From positions 32,001 through 96,000 of IMG/VR virus record IMGVR_UViG_3300043570_002257: a stretch of 64,000 nt of DNA, one strand, 5' to 3'. The notes under the pieces are model-generated. The model was given only the letters and a program-made list of their open reading frames with translations. It searched no databases and had not been told where the DNA came from. Both the position numbers and the translations under genes were made by a program. Numbering within the stretch: position 1 is the stretch's first letter; the number at the start of each line of letters is the position of its first letter. This stretch comes from a virus. Positions 8,884-17,564 of this stretch are shown in pieces.

Positions 8884-9135
8884 ATGAAAACAAAATCAGC
8901 AAAACGTGTGGTATTAGCCACAGGAGAAGGAGCAAATACTCATGCTATATCAAGCAATGAGCGTATAATCTATGAAGATTTGGGAAACCAAACTTTAAAA
9001 CTTATATTAGCAGAAAAAGCTTTGATAACACATGAAGAGCATGGTCCAATCATGCTCAATCCTGGTTTTTATTATAAGACAAATCAAGTGGAGTTCAATC
9101 CATTTAATAATACAGTTTCTTACGTTTTTGACTAA
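8884..9135 (+). CDS. Small putative metal-binding beta protein, a usual DUF6745 neighbour
   Basis: VLATGEGANTHAI...THEEHGPIMLNPGFY...QVEFNP. Confidence 0.65.
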   Translation: MKTKSAKRVVLATGEGANTHAISSNERIIYEDLGNQTLKLILAEKALITHEEHGPIMLNPGFYYKTNQVEFNPFNNTVSYVFD

Positions 9136-9151
9136 GAAATTGTGAAAAATT

Positions 9152-9204
9152 CACAAAAACAAGGGTTTAAGGTTGCAATTTGTGATCTTAGACCTTGTTT
9201 TGTG
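9152..9204 (+). terminator. Long GU-rich RNA hairpin
   Basis: cacaaaaacaagggtttaaggttgcaa / ttgtgatcttagaccttgttttgtg. Confidence 0.55.
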
Positions 9205-9246
9205 TATTAAAATATTTTTTGTAATATTGCATTTAAAACCAAACTA

Positions 9247-9822
9247 ATGAAAAACTGGACAATCTTTCCAGGTAGAAAATACAATTACATTCATACAATG
9301 AACATTACCATTGATGATATAAGAGCTGTATTTTTTCCTAAAACTTTCTCTGAGAAATATAGTTATCTTGGTTTAATACCAGGATGGAAAAAGAATGAAG
9401 CTATGACAATGCTCAAGGCCCTTGTTATTGCAATGGACTATGAAGCAAAACCTTGGTGGTGTCCAAGATGGTTTTTGCGTTTCTTAAACTTATTTGGTTC
9501 TGATAATTCTATTGTTAGAGTTAGAAATAGACGTCTTCACAATCTTGAAAAGAAACTTACAAAAGGTATTATGATGTGGGACCACAAAACAAAGTGGACG
9601 CATTATGACTTAAGAATTAGTATATCAGCTCCAAGATATCTTCAAGATTTAGCTGATGCTATTGAGTACAAAGTGTATAGTCTTGGTAGACAAGATGAAC
9701 TTGTTGAAGAGATTCTTTCTTTAGACCCAAATGCTTCAATAATAAGAGGTAGTGCTACAAGACTGGGAGAACAACTAATTGAATTAAAAAAATCTTTAAA
9801 CTTATATATACATGAAGATTGA
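9247..9822 (+). CDS. Hypothetical protein
   Basis: 191-aa ORF, Trp-rich KPWWCPRWF. Confidence 0.7.
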   Translation: MKNWTIFPGRKYNYIHTMNITIDDIRAVFFPKTFSEKYSYLGLIPGWKKNEAMTMLKALVIAMDYEAKPWWCPRWFLRFLNLFGSDNSIVRVRNRRLHNLEKKLTKGIMMWDHKTKWTHYDLRISISAPRYLQDLADAIEYKVYSLGRQDELVEEILSLDPNASIIRGSATRLGEQLIELKKSLNLYIHED

Positions 9823-9961
9823 AATTACAATGACAGAACTTTTACTCATAGTTGATATGATTAAAAATGGTGTTGAAAAAACTGAACCAAGTACTTCAGA
9901 TGAAGACTTTTTAAATAACTATGTTGCTGAAAAAAAACCAGAACAAAATGACACATTTTGA
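9812..9961 (+). CDS. 49-aa small protein (absent from ORF track)
   Basis: MKIEITMTELLLIVDMIKNG...NDTF; overlaps its neighbours at both ends. Confidence 0.5.
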   Translation: MKIEITMTELLLIVDMIKNGVEKTEPSTSDEDFLNNYVAEKKPEQNDTF

Positions 9962-10184
9962 CACTCCTCCTCCAATAATTCTTACTATAAAACATTATGG
10001 TAAAACACTTACTGCTGAACTTCCATGGGATTCACCATTAGATGATGTCTATTTAGCAATACAAGGATTACTTGTAGCTGATGGTTTTCACAATGATGGT
10101 ATTGAAAATTTCATTATTGAACAAGGAGAAGAACTTAAAGAACTAAAACACAAAAATAAAGAATATTATGAAAGTGAAGATTAA
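9948..10184 (+). CDS. Hypothetical protein
   Basis: Likely start MTHFDTPPP within ORF 9921-10184. Confidence 0.6.
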   Translation: MTHFDTPPPIILTIKHYGKTLTAELPWDSPLDDVYLAIQGLLVADGFHNDGIENFIIEQGEELKELKHKNKEYYESED

Positions 10185-10590
10185 ACTCTTAAATAAAAAT
10201 GCTGTAGTTCCAGTTTATGCAAAACCAGGTGATGCTGGGTTAGACCTTGTTGCTACACACATTATTAGTTATGACAAAGAACAAGTAGTATATGGAACTG
10301 GACTTGCAATAGAGATACCAGAAGGATATGTAGGACTTGTATTTCCACGCAGCTCAATACGTAAGTATGAACAATACCTCAGCAATTCTGTTGGTGTTAT
10401 TGATTCAGGATACCGTGGAGAAATTCAAGCAACTTTTAACTCACGTTTTTACGCAGATGTAAAATACAAAGCAGGTGAAAAGATTGCACAATTAATTATA
10501 ATGCCTTATCCTCAAATTGAGTTTGAAGAAGTTACTGAACTATCAGAAACTGAAAGAGCTGATGGAGGTCATGGTTCAACAGGTAAATAA
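10168..10590 (+). CDS. dut: Trimeric dUTPase
   Basis: All five motifs: AGLDL, RSS, GVIDSGYRGEI, KIAQL, RADGGHGSTG. Confidence 0.97.
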   Translation: MKVKIKLLNKNAVVPVYAKPGDAGLDLVATHIISYDKEQVVYGTGLAIEIPEGYVGLVFPRSSIRKYEQYLSNSVGVIDSGYRGEIQATFNSRFYADVKYKAGEKIAQLIIMPYPQIEFEEVTELSETERADGGHGSTGK

Positions 10591-10591
10591 T

Positions 10592-10738
10592 ATGACTTTT
10601 AAACTATATTTAGAATTTAACTCAAGAAGATTTGGATTTGCTTTAATACATGAGAAGCAATTTGTTTCTTCTGAATTTAAACATAAGTTGTTTATACATT
10701 TCTTATGGTTTGAAATTGGAGTTAAATTTCTACAGTAA
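10592..10738 (+). CDS. Small hypothetical protein
   Basis: Likely ATG just after the dut stop. Confidence 0.5.
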   Translation: MTFKLYLEFNSRRFGFALIHEKQFVSSEFKHKLFIHFLWFEIGVKFLQ

Positions 10739-10749
10739 AACTTTTATTT

Positions 10750-11118
10750 ATGATTGTAAATAAAAACAGTGGTCAGGTTATAATAATTGGACCATATGGT
10801 AGTGTATTTCTATATACACATGATACAGCAGATACACTTATCAAAGATGTACATGACGCATTGAAAGTAGGTACAAGATGGAATGATCCTGATTACTTAT
10901 CTAAAATGATTTTCTGTAGAATGTTACCTATAGAATGTTGGTTAGAAGACAAAGGTTTTGGAATTGGTACTCAAATGTACAATGACGTAAACCTACTTAT
11001 ATCAGTTAACACTATCAATCAGACTATAACAATCCATTCTATGGAAGATAAATATAACAAAACTTTGCTTACTTTTCAAGAATTTGTTGACTCTTATGCC
11101 AACAATGCCAGTTTATAA
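10750..11118 (+). CDS. Hypothetical phage protein
   Basis: VFLYTH...RWNDPDYLSKMIF...GFGIG. Confidence 0.7.
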   Translation: MIVNKNSGQVIIIGPYGSVFLYTHDTADTLIKDVHDALKVGTRWNDPDYLSKMIFCRMLPIECWLEDKGFGIGTQMYNDVNLLISVNTINQTITIHSMEDKYNKTLLTFQEFVDSYANNASL

Positions 11119-11229
11119 TAAAATCATAGCAATATAGTACAGTTATAATTTTAAATGCGTATATTTACATATTCAATGTTCTGAGAATAATAGTATTTTA
11201 GTGCCAGAATATAAAACACTGAAACTCAA

Positions 11230-11520
11230 ATGCTATATCAATTGCCAAATGGTAAATGTATAGAAATCTCAATAGAGCAATACTTGAGAATGACAGATGA
11301 TGAATTGACCATGTATGTGGCTTTCAACTATGGTGAAGAAATTAATGATCCTTTTGCTTTAAGCGTTTTGAAATATGGAAACGTCACAGAAAAAGAAGAA
11401 ATTATTGATGAAGACTCAATCACAGTAGAAGAAGAATACATTGAAGATTTAACAGATGTTCTTCCTGAAGAAAAACTTTATGATGATGAATACATTGACT
11501 ACGACAACTTAGAACAGTAA
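11230..11520 (+). CDS. Conserved hypothetical protein with acidic tail
   Basis: MLYQLPNGKCIEISIEQYL; D/E-rich C-terminus. Confidence 0.7.
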   Translation: MLYQLPNGKCIEISIEQYLRMTDDELTMYVAFNYGEEINDPFALSVLKYGNVTEKEEIIDEDSITVEEEYIEDLTDVLPEEKLYDDEYIDYDNLEQ

Positions 11521-11535
11521 CCTTATTAGATAAGA

Positions 11536-11952
11536 ATGCTGCAATCAAAATTAAAAACATGCTCAGCTTGTGGTGAAGACAAAGTAATATGGAAAAATCA
11601 TGAGGGTGAAAAGTTCTGCAAAGACTGCTGGAACAGAAAATCACCTGTGAAATTTCCTAAGAAGACAGGAATATTAAAACTGACTTCTGATAAAAGAAAA
11701 CCTTTGGATTTACTTTACACAAAAATGAGGAAGGACTTCTTGTCTAAATCTGAAAACGCTACATGTTTTGCTAAACTTCCTGGATGCCTTAATTCCATGG
11801 CTGAAAATCTCACAATACATCACACAAAAGGACGTGGAAGATACTATCTTGATAGTACCACATGGATTCCTTTGTGTATGACATGTCATCAATGGGTAGA
11901 AGAGCACCCTGCACAAGCAAAAGAACTCAATTTATCACAATCTAGATTATAA
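11536..11952 (+). CDS. Zn-finger HNH-type nuclease
   Basis: CSACG/FCKDC plus C...GC...IHHTKGRG...LCMTCHQWVE. Confidence 0.7.
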   Translation: MLQSKLKTCSACGEDKVIWKNHEGEKFCKDCWNRKSPVKFPKKTGILKLTSDKRKPLDLLYTKMRKDFLSKSENATCFAKLPGCLNSMAENLTIHHTKGRGRYYLDSTTWIPLCMTCHQWVEEHPAQAKELNLSQSRL

Positions 11953-11962
11953 AAAGAAAAAA

Positions 11963-12280
11963 ATGAAAAAATTCATTGGTTATTACATTATTGGTGCAAA
12001 CACAAAAGAAGATGCACAAAATGAAAAAGGTTTAATGCTTTGGTCTCCAAATAAACCAAATGCACTTAAACGTTTGTTGAATGAAATGTTGTTGGGTATC
12101 TACTGGGTAGACAAAGACAGAGTTGTTGGTGGACAAGAAAAAGGTAAAACTATGCAATCTGAAGGTCAACCTGTAGAACTTGCAAAAGTTAAAGATGTTC
12201 CTGTAGCAGAAAAACCTAAAGTAAAAGAAGCTCCAAGAAAGCCTCGTCAAACTCCAAGGGTTAATCCTTCAAAGAACTAA
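11963..12280 (+). CDS. Hypothetical protein with basic Pro-rich tail
   Basis: ORF. Confidence 0.65.
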   Translation: MKKFIGYYIIGANTKEDAQNEKGLMLWSPNKPNALKRLLNEMLLGIYWVDKDRVVGGQEKGKTMQSEGQPVELAKVKDVPVAEKPKVKEAPRKPRQTPRVNPSKN

Positions 12281-12290
12281 ACACAAAGAA

Positions 12291-13406
12291 ATGGACAACT
12301 CACTTGAATTAAATAAAAGAGAGTTGATTCAACAGGAAGCCCTGACTGCATCTACCACCCATTATAGATGTGGTCTGGGTATTTCCATGGGTGTAGGTAA
12401 AACCTTAATTGGTTTACGTCACATGGAAAAAGAGTTTCCAAGTTTAAAAACTAAATTTCTGGTAGTAGCTCCAAAAGTTTCAATCTTTGAAAGCTGGAAA
12501 GATGATGCTAAAAAGTTTGGACTAGAATACTTGTTGGATCATATTGACTTCACAACGTACATATCATTAAGTAAAAAAACAAGAGAATATGATGTCATCT
12601 ATTTAGATGAGTGTCATAGTCTGTTATTTACTCATGATTATTATTTGGCTACATACACAGGTAAGATTCTTGGTTTAAGTGGTACTCCACCACGTTACAA
12701 GAACTCTGAAAAAGGTGAGATGGTTAATAGGTATTGTCCTATTGTCTACACTTACATTACAGATGACGCAGTAGAAGATAAAATTCTTAATGACTACAAA
12801 ATCATTGTTCACAGATTACCATTATCAAATGCTAAAACTCATAAGGTATCAACCAAAAAAGGTGGATTCTTTATGACTTCTGAATCTCAGAACTATGATT
12901 ATTGGTGTGGAAGACTTAATAGTGCAGCAAATCCTGCACAAACTAAAATCTTTAGAATTATGAGAATGCAGGCATTAATGCAATTTGGTTCTAAAGAAAA
13001 GTATGCCAGACAATTGTTAAACATGATGGATGACAAATGTCTTGTCTTCTGCAATACAACTGATCAAGCTGATAGAATTTCTGTACATAGTTATCATAGT
13101 AAGAATTCTAAAAGTGAAGAAAAATTGCTTGCATTTAAAGATGGTGAGATAGATGAACTTACATGTGTTCAACAATTGAATGAAGGTATTAACATTCCAA
13201 ACTTAAAGTATGGTATTATACTACATGCATATTCTAATGAAAGAAAAGCTAGTCAAAGAATAGGACGTTTATTGCGTTTGAATCCTGATGATAAAGCAAT
13301 CATTCATATACTTATGTATGGTAATACTGTAGATGAAGGCTGGGTTCAAGATGCATTAAGAGATTTAGACTCTGAAAAAATTATTTACACAGATCCTGTT
13401 TGTTAA
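12291..13406 (+). CDS. Superfamily 2 (DExH) helicase
   Basis: MGVGKT, LDECH, LSGTP, EGINIP, QRIGRLLR. Confidence 0.92.
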   Translation: MDNSLELNKRELIQQEALTASTTHYRCGLGISMGVGKTLIGLRHMEKEFPSLKTKFLVVAPKVSIFESWKDDAKKFGLEYLLDHIDFTTYISLSKKTREYDVIYLDECHSLLFTHDYYLATYTGKILGLSGTPPRYKNSEKGEMVNRYCPIVYTYITDDAVEDKILNDYKIIVHRLPLSNAKTHKVSTKKGGFFMTSESQNYDYWCGRLNSAANPAQTKIFRIMRMQALMQFGSKEKYARQLLNMMDDKCLVFCNTTDQADRISVHSYHSKNSKSEEKLLAFKDGEIDELTCVQQLNEGINIPNLKYGIILHAYSNERKASQRIGRLLRLNPDDKAIIHILMYGNTVDEGWVQDALRDLDSEKIIYTDPVC

Positions 13407-13409
13407 ATT

Positions 13410-13802
13410 ATGCACAACACAATAGTTAAATTCACAAAAAAAGATGGACAACTTGTTCCTGCTTCAGAAGCTGATGCTGGAAAACTAAAACTTTTTGCAA
13501 TGTCTTTGAAAGAAGGCACTGAATTAGAAGTTTACATGTCCATGACAAACAACGTTGACAAAACTGCTGGACAACTTGCAAAAGTCCATGCGTTAATTAG
13601 AGAACTTGCAAGCTACACTGGTCACACCTTTGATGAAATCAAATTTGTTATAAAAGACAAAGCTGGTCTGTATAATATTACAGGAACCAGCTCATCTGAC
13701 AAACAATTAAAAAGTTTTGGTGATTGTTCTAAGGAAGAATTATCTACAGCCATTGAAACCTGCATTGAAGTAGGTCACATGTTTGGTTGTAACTTATATT
13801 AA
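13410..13802 (+). CDS. NinB/YbcN-like recombination accessory protein
   Basis: TAGQLAKVHALIRELA..TG....IK...KS....SKEEL..AIE pattern. Confidence 0.5.
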   Translation: MHNTIVKFTKKDGQLVPASEADAGKLKLFAMSLKEGTELEVYMSMTNNVDKTAGQLAKVHALIRELASYTGHTFDEIKFVIKDKAGLYNITGTSSSDKQLKSFGDCSKEELSTAIETCIEVGHMFGCNLY

Positions 13803-14137
13803 TCTTCAGATTCACCAATTAGTTTTTGTGCTTCTTCTAAAGTTACTTTTTGAACAAATCCTTGTTCTTGTGCTTTAGATTCAAATTCTCTACAAAGAAT
13901 TAAGATTGTCTCATACTGACTAACCCATTCCTCTGTAATGTTTTGGTCTTTAATTTGTGTATGAGCATTCTGCATTTCTTCTGCAGATTTACCTTGTACA
14001 AAAAAAGCAACAATTGCTTGAATTCTTTGATAGTACCCTGTACTTATCTTAATTTCAACAATTGCACTTGGCATAATAACTTCAACCGTTGACGGTTGGT
14101 TTTCTGCACTTTCATTAGTTTGATTTACTTCAGACAT
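13799..14137 (-). CDS. Lone opposite-strand hypothetical gene
   Basis: ORF 13799-14170, likely start MSEVNQ at 14137; has its own promoter. Confidence 0.7.
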   Translation of the reverse strand: MSEVNQTNESAENQPSTVEVIMPSAIVEIKISTGYYQRIQAIVAFFVQGKSAEEMQNAHTQIKDQNITEEWVSQYETILILCREFESKAQEQGFVQKVTLEEAQKLIGESED

Positions 14138-14157
14138 GTCGTGTAGTTTAATTTCAA

Positions 14158-14188
14158 CAAAAATAAACAAATAATTTAAAGTTTCAAA
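14158..14188 (-). promoter_or_regulatory. Bacteroidota primary-sigma promoter
   Basis: TTTG-N19-TATTTTTG on the minus strand. Confidence 0.65.
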
Positions 14189-14192
14189 AAAA

Positions 14193-14918
14193 ATGACAGA
14201 AAAAATTGCTATTCATCCAAAAGACATCAGTTTAAAGTTAGCAGACCTATTGAAAGAATCAGGTTGGCACAATGTCCTTAAAGGATTTTTGCTATCTGAA
14301 GACTTTGATAAAATTATTTTTGCTTTAAAAGACCAAGTGGACAACGACAAACGTTTTACACCTCCTTTGAAGCAAGTATTCAGATCCTTTCAAGAATGTC
14401 CTACAGATGACTTAAAAGTGGTATTCATAGGGCAAGATCCCTATCCTCAAATGAATGTGGCAGATGGTATCTCTTTTTCTTGTGGTAACACCATGAAAAA
14501 AGAAGCATCACTGCGTTATATTCATAATGCAATTGCAAAAACTGTTTACAATGACAAAGTTCTAGCAAAAGATTTATCTGCAGACTTAACCCCATGGGCT
14601 AATCAAGGTATTCTTATGCTAAATACTTCTCTTACAACAGAAATTGGCAAAATTGGCAAACATTTTAGTATTTGGGAACCATTTACTAACTATGTACTTG
14701 ACATGATTAACTCTATGGACAAGTCAATTATTTTTGTCTTTCTAGGTAAAAAAGCTCAGGAATATGAAGATCTTATTTCTGACAAACATGTTAAACTTTA
14801 TGCGTCACACCCAGCATCTGCTGCGTATCAAAAACAACAAGAGTGGGATTGTAATGATGTTTTCAATAAGATAAATGAAAAACTTACAGAAAATAATCAA
14901 AAAATTATTGCATGGTAG
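14193..14918 (+). CDS. ung: Uracil-DNA glycosylase, family 1
   Basis: GQDPYP, ADGISFS, WANQGILMLN, SHPAS. Confidence 0.93.
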   Translation: MTEKIAIHPKDISLKLADLLKESGWHNVLKGFLLSEDFDKIIFALKDQVDNDKRFTPPLKQVFRSFQECPTDDLKVVFIGQDPYPQMNVADGISFSCGNTMKKEASLRYIHNAIAKTVYNDKVLAKDLSADLTPWANQGILMLNTSLTTEIGKIGKHFSIWEPFTNYVLDMINSMDKSIIFVFLGKKAQEYEDLISDKHVKLYASHPASAAYQKQQEWDCNDVFNKINEKLTENNQKIIAW

Positions 14919-14949
14919 TTTGAAGTTACAAAATTTATTTTTATATTTG
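14919..14949 (+). promoter_or_regulatory. Bacteroidota primary-sigma promoter
   Basis: TTTG(14919)-N19-TATATTTG(14942). Confidence 0.7.
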
Positions 14950-14983
14950 TAATCACAATCGCAACGCAAAAACGCAAACGTAC

Positions 14984-16096
14984 ATGTTTAATTCAAAAAT
15001 ACCTGATTCTATAGGAACTCCTATGGCCTCAGAAGGTGTCTCTGGACCACCTCCATCAAAACCATTAGTAAGCTTTGAACCTCAAAGTGTACCTGACAAA
15101 CAACCTGTTAATCATCCTCCACATTCCAAGATTTGGAAACGTTATGGAGATCTTATGATGGATGGTGTTAATTATCTTAACAACCGCGCAACAGGTAAAA
15201 CAAAATCTCTTAGAACACTATGGCCTTCTTTTAATAAGATTGGTTTAAATGGTATGGAGTGGCAATCACTTTATGTTATTGGAGCAAGACCAGGTATTGG
15301 TAAAACTCTGATTGCAGGTTCTATTACAAGAGACTTACAACAATTAAATCCTGATCAAACATTTTCTGTTTTGCATTTTCAATTTGAGATGCTTGGTAGA
15401 AATATGGCAATTAGAGAATTATCTTCTGCATCAAATCTTGATGTAAGATATTTACAGTCTGCACAAGATGAGGGAATGCCTCCTTTATCTGAAACTGATT
15501 ATAATAAACTTAGTGTATATGCTCAAAAGCAAGGACACAGAAGAGAGTATGTTGTTGATACTGCTACAACTGTAGCTCAAATGCAAGAGATTGTTGAGAA
15601 GTTTTATGCTGAAACAAGATTACCATTTGTGGTAACACTTGACCATACTTTATTAGTAAAGAAAGGTGCTTCAGAAACAAGTAAACAACAAACATTAGAG
15701 TTACTTGCAATTTCAATGACAAACTTGAAGAATAAGTATCCTGTTATTTTTATTGTATTGACACAACTTAATCGTGAGATTGACAATACAGAACGTCATT
15801 CACCTGGAAAACTATCACAGTATCCATCTGAGTCAGATGTTTTTGGTTCAGATTCATTATTGCAATGTTCTGATGTTATGATAGCAGTAAACAAGCCTTC
15901 AAAACAACAAGTATCCATTTATGGGCCACAGCGATGGGTAATAGAACCACATATGAAAGACTATCTTGCTTTTCATATTCTTAAAAATCGTTTTGGTGAC
16001 ACAAGTATTCAATGGTATCATGCACATTATAAAACCATGACCCTAGAAGAAGTAACTGCACCAAAACAAGCACCACTTCCTGCAAGAAAATCATAA
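14984..16096 (+). CDS. DnaB-like replicative helicase (SF4)
   Basis: ARPGIGKT, FQFEM, LDH, LTQLNR, LKNRFG; Pro-rich N-terminus in place of the DnaB NTD. Confidence 0.9.
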   Translation: MFNSKIPDSIGTPMASEGVSGPPPSKPLVSFEPQSVPDKQPVNHPPHSKIWKRYGDLMMDGVNYLNNRATGKTKSLRTLWPSFNKIGLNGMEWQSLYVIGARPGIGKTLIAGSITRDLQQLNPDQTFSVLHFQFEMLGRNMAIRELSSASNLDVRYLQSAQDEGMPPLSETDYNKLSVYAQKQGHRREYVVDTATTVAQMQEIVEKFYAETRLPFVVTLDHTLLVKKGASETSKQQTLELLAISMTNLKNKYPVIFIVLTQLNREIDNTERHSPGKLSQYPSESDVFGSDSLLQCSDVMIAVNKPSKQQVSIYGPQRWVIEPHMKDYLAFHILKNRFGDTSIQWYHAHYKTMTLEEVTAPKQAPLPARKS

Positions 16097-16124
16097 TAAT
16101 TAAATTAGTAAAAACGTAAACGCA

Positions 16125-16769
16125 ATGAGCAACGCAAACGACAAACCTAAAAAGCATATCTCTGAGATCACTGCTGACTTCAAGCCTTTTTGGCAACCTC
16201 TCTTTACAGAGATGAAACTTGACTCACCAACTTTTGGTGCTAAACTTTGCTATATGGGTAAAGAATTTAGCACAGATGGTTCACGTGAAGCATGTGTAAG
16301 ATTCTTTCCTAGTGAATTAAACAGTGGTAATGATTATTACACTGAACTATTTGATTGGGATCAGTATTACTTTACACCAAATCACAGAACATTGTACAAA
16401 CTTCCTCAGAATCCTCATTGGAAAAGTGAACCAGAAAAGTATGTTGAAATTCCATCTGACAAATTACCAACATCAACCTTTGCAGTAAGATTATCTGATC
16501 TTGAAATTGTAAATAAATCTGATGTTAAATCCTTGGTTCCTGTTATGAATAATGGCAAACCAATTCAAGGTACAATAAATGCTTCATTGTTTGATAGTTT
16601 AACTACACAAGTTGATCCATTCAATGAAGAGTCTTTTGACGAGGCATTAGCAGAAAAAGAAGACAACCACTATACATCACTGACAATAAGAGATATTTAT
16701 TGTATGATACAAAATGTGCCAATGTCTAATAAAAAATGGTTAAATCAATTAATTTCTAAAAACAAGTAA
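16125..16769 (+). CDS. Hypothetical replication-region protein
   Basis: 214-aa ORF. Confidence 0.75.
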   Translation: MSNANDKPKKHISEITADFKPFWQPLFTEMKLDSPTFGAKLCYMGKEFSTDGSREACVRFFPSELNSGNDYYTELFDWDQYYFTPNHRTLYKLPQNPHWKSEPEKYVEIPSDKLPTSTFAVRLSDLEIVNKSDVKSLVPVMNNGKPIQGTINASLFDSLTTQVDPFNEESFDEALAEKEDNHYTSLTIRDIYCMIQNVPMSNKKWLNQLISKNK

Positions 16770-16772
16770 AAA

Positions 16773-17528
16773 ATGGCAGAAACAACTGAGTTTGCCCTTC
16801 CAACTAAAATTGTGAAGGCAACAACAAAAAGTCCCAAGAACATGATTATCTTCAGTAAGCCCAAGGTTGGTAAAACAACTTTGTTAGCACAACTAGATAA
16901 TTGTCTTATTATTGACTTGGAGAATGGTACTGACTATGTAGATGCAATGAAAGTTAAAGCAAACAGCGTTGCTGATATTGCTAAGATTGGAAAAGCAATT
17001 ACAGACGCAGGAAAACCTTACAAGTTTATTGCAATAGATACAATTACAGCACTAGAAGAAATGTGTATTCCATACGCAGAAGAACTTTATTCTAAAAGTG
17101 CAATGGGTAAGTCATGGTTTACAAAAGGTAAAGCAGAGTATGGCTCTATCTTGAACATGGCAAATGGTGCAGGTTATCCATGGTTACGTCAAGCATTTGA
17201 AAAAATTCTTGGTTACATCAAAACTCTTGCTCCACATGTTATTCTTGTAGGACACATTAAAGATACACTTCTTGAAAAGAATGGTGCAGAATTTAATTCT
17301 TTAGACCTTGACTTAACAGGTAAGTTGAAACGTATCACAACTTCAAACTCAGATGCTATTGGATATTTATATCGCAAAGGAAATCAGAATATTTTAAGCT
17401 TTAAAACAAATGATGAGATTGCTTGTGGTGCACGTCCAGAACATTTAAGAAACGCAGAGATTGTTGTTTCTGAAGTAAATGCTGATGGTTCTATCACAAC
17501 CTCATGGGATAAAGTATTCATTGACTAA
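16773..17528 (+). CDS. Sak4/AAA_24-like ATPase (recombination)
   Basis: SKPKVGKTT, IIDLENG, IAIDTIT, ILVGH. Confidence 0.8.
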   Translation: MAETTEFALPTKIVKATTKSPKNMIIFSKPKVGKTTLLAQLDNCLIIDLENGTDYVDAMKVKANSVADIAKIGKAITDAGKPYKFIAIDTITALEEMCIPYAEELYSKSAMGKSWFTKGKAEYGSILNMANGAGYPWLRQAFEKILGYIKTLAPHVILVGHIKDTLLEKNGAEFNSLDLDLTGKLKRITTSNSDAIGYLYRKGNQNILSFKTNDEIACGARPEHLRNAEIVVSEVNADGSITTSWDKVFID

Positions 17529-17564
17529 TTAACACAAATAATAAACAATTAAAAATCAAATAAC

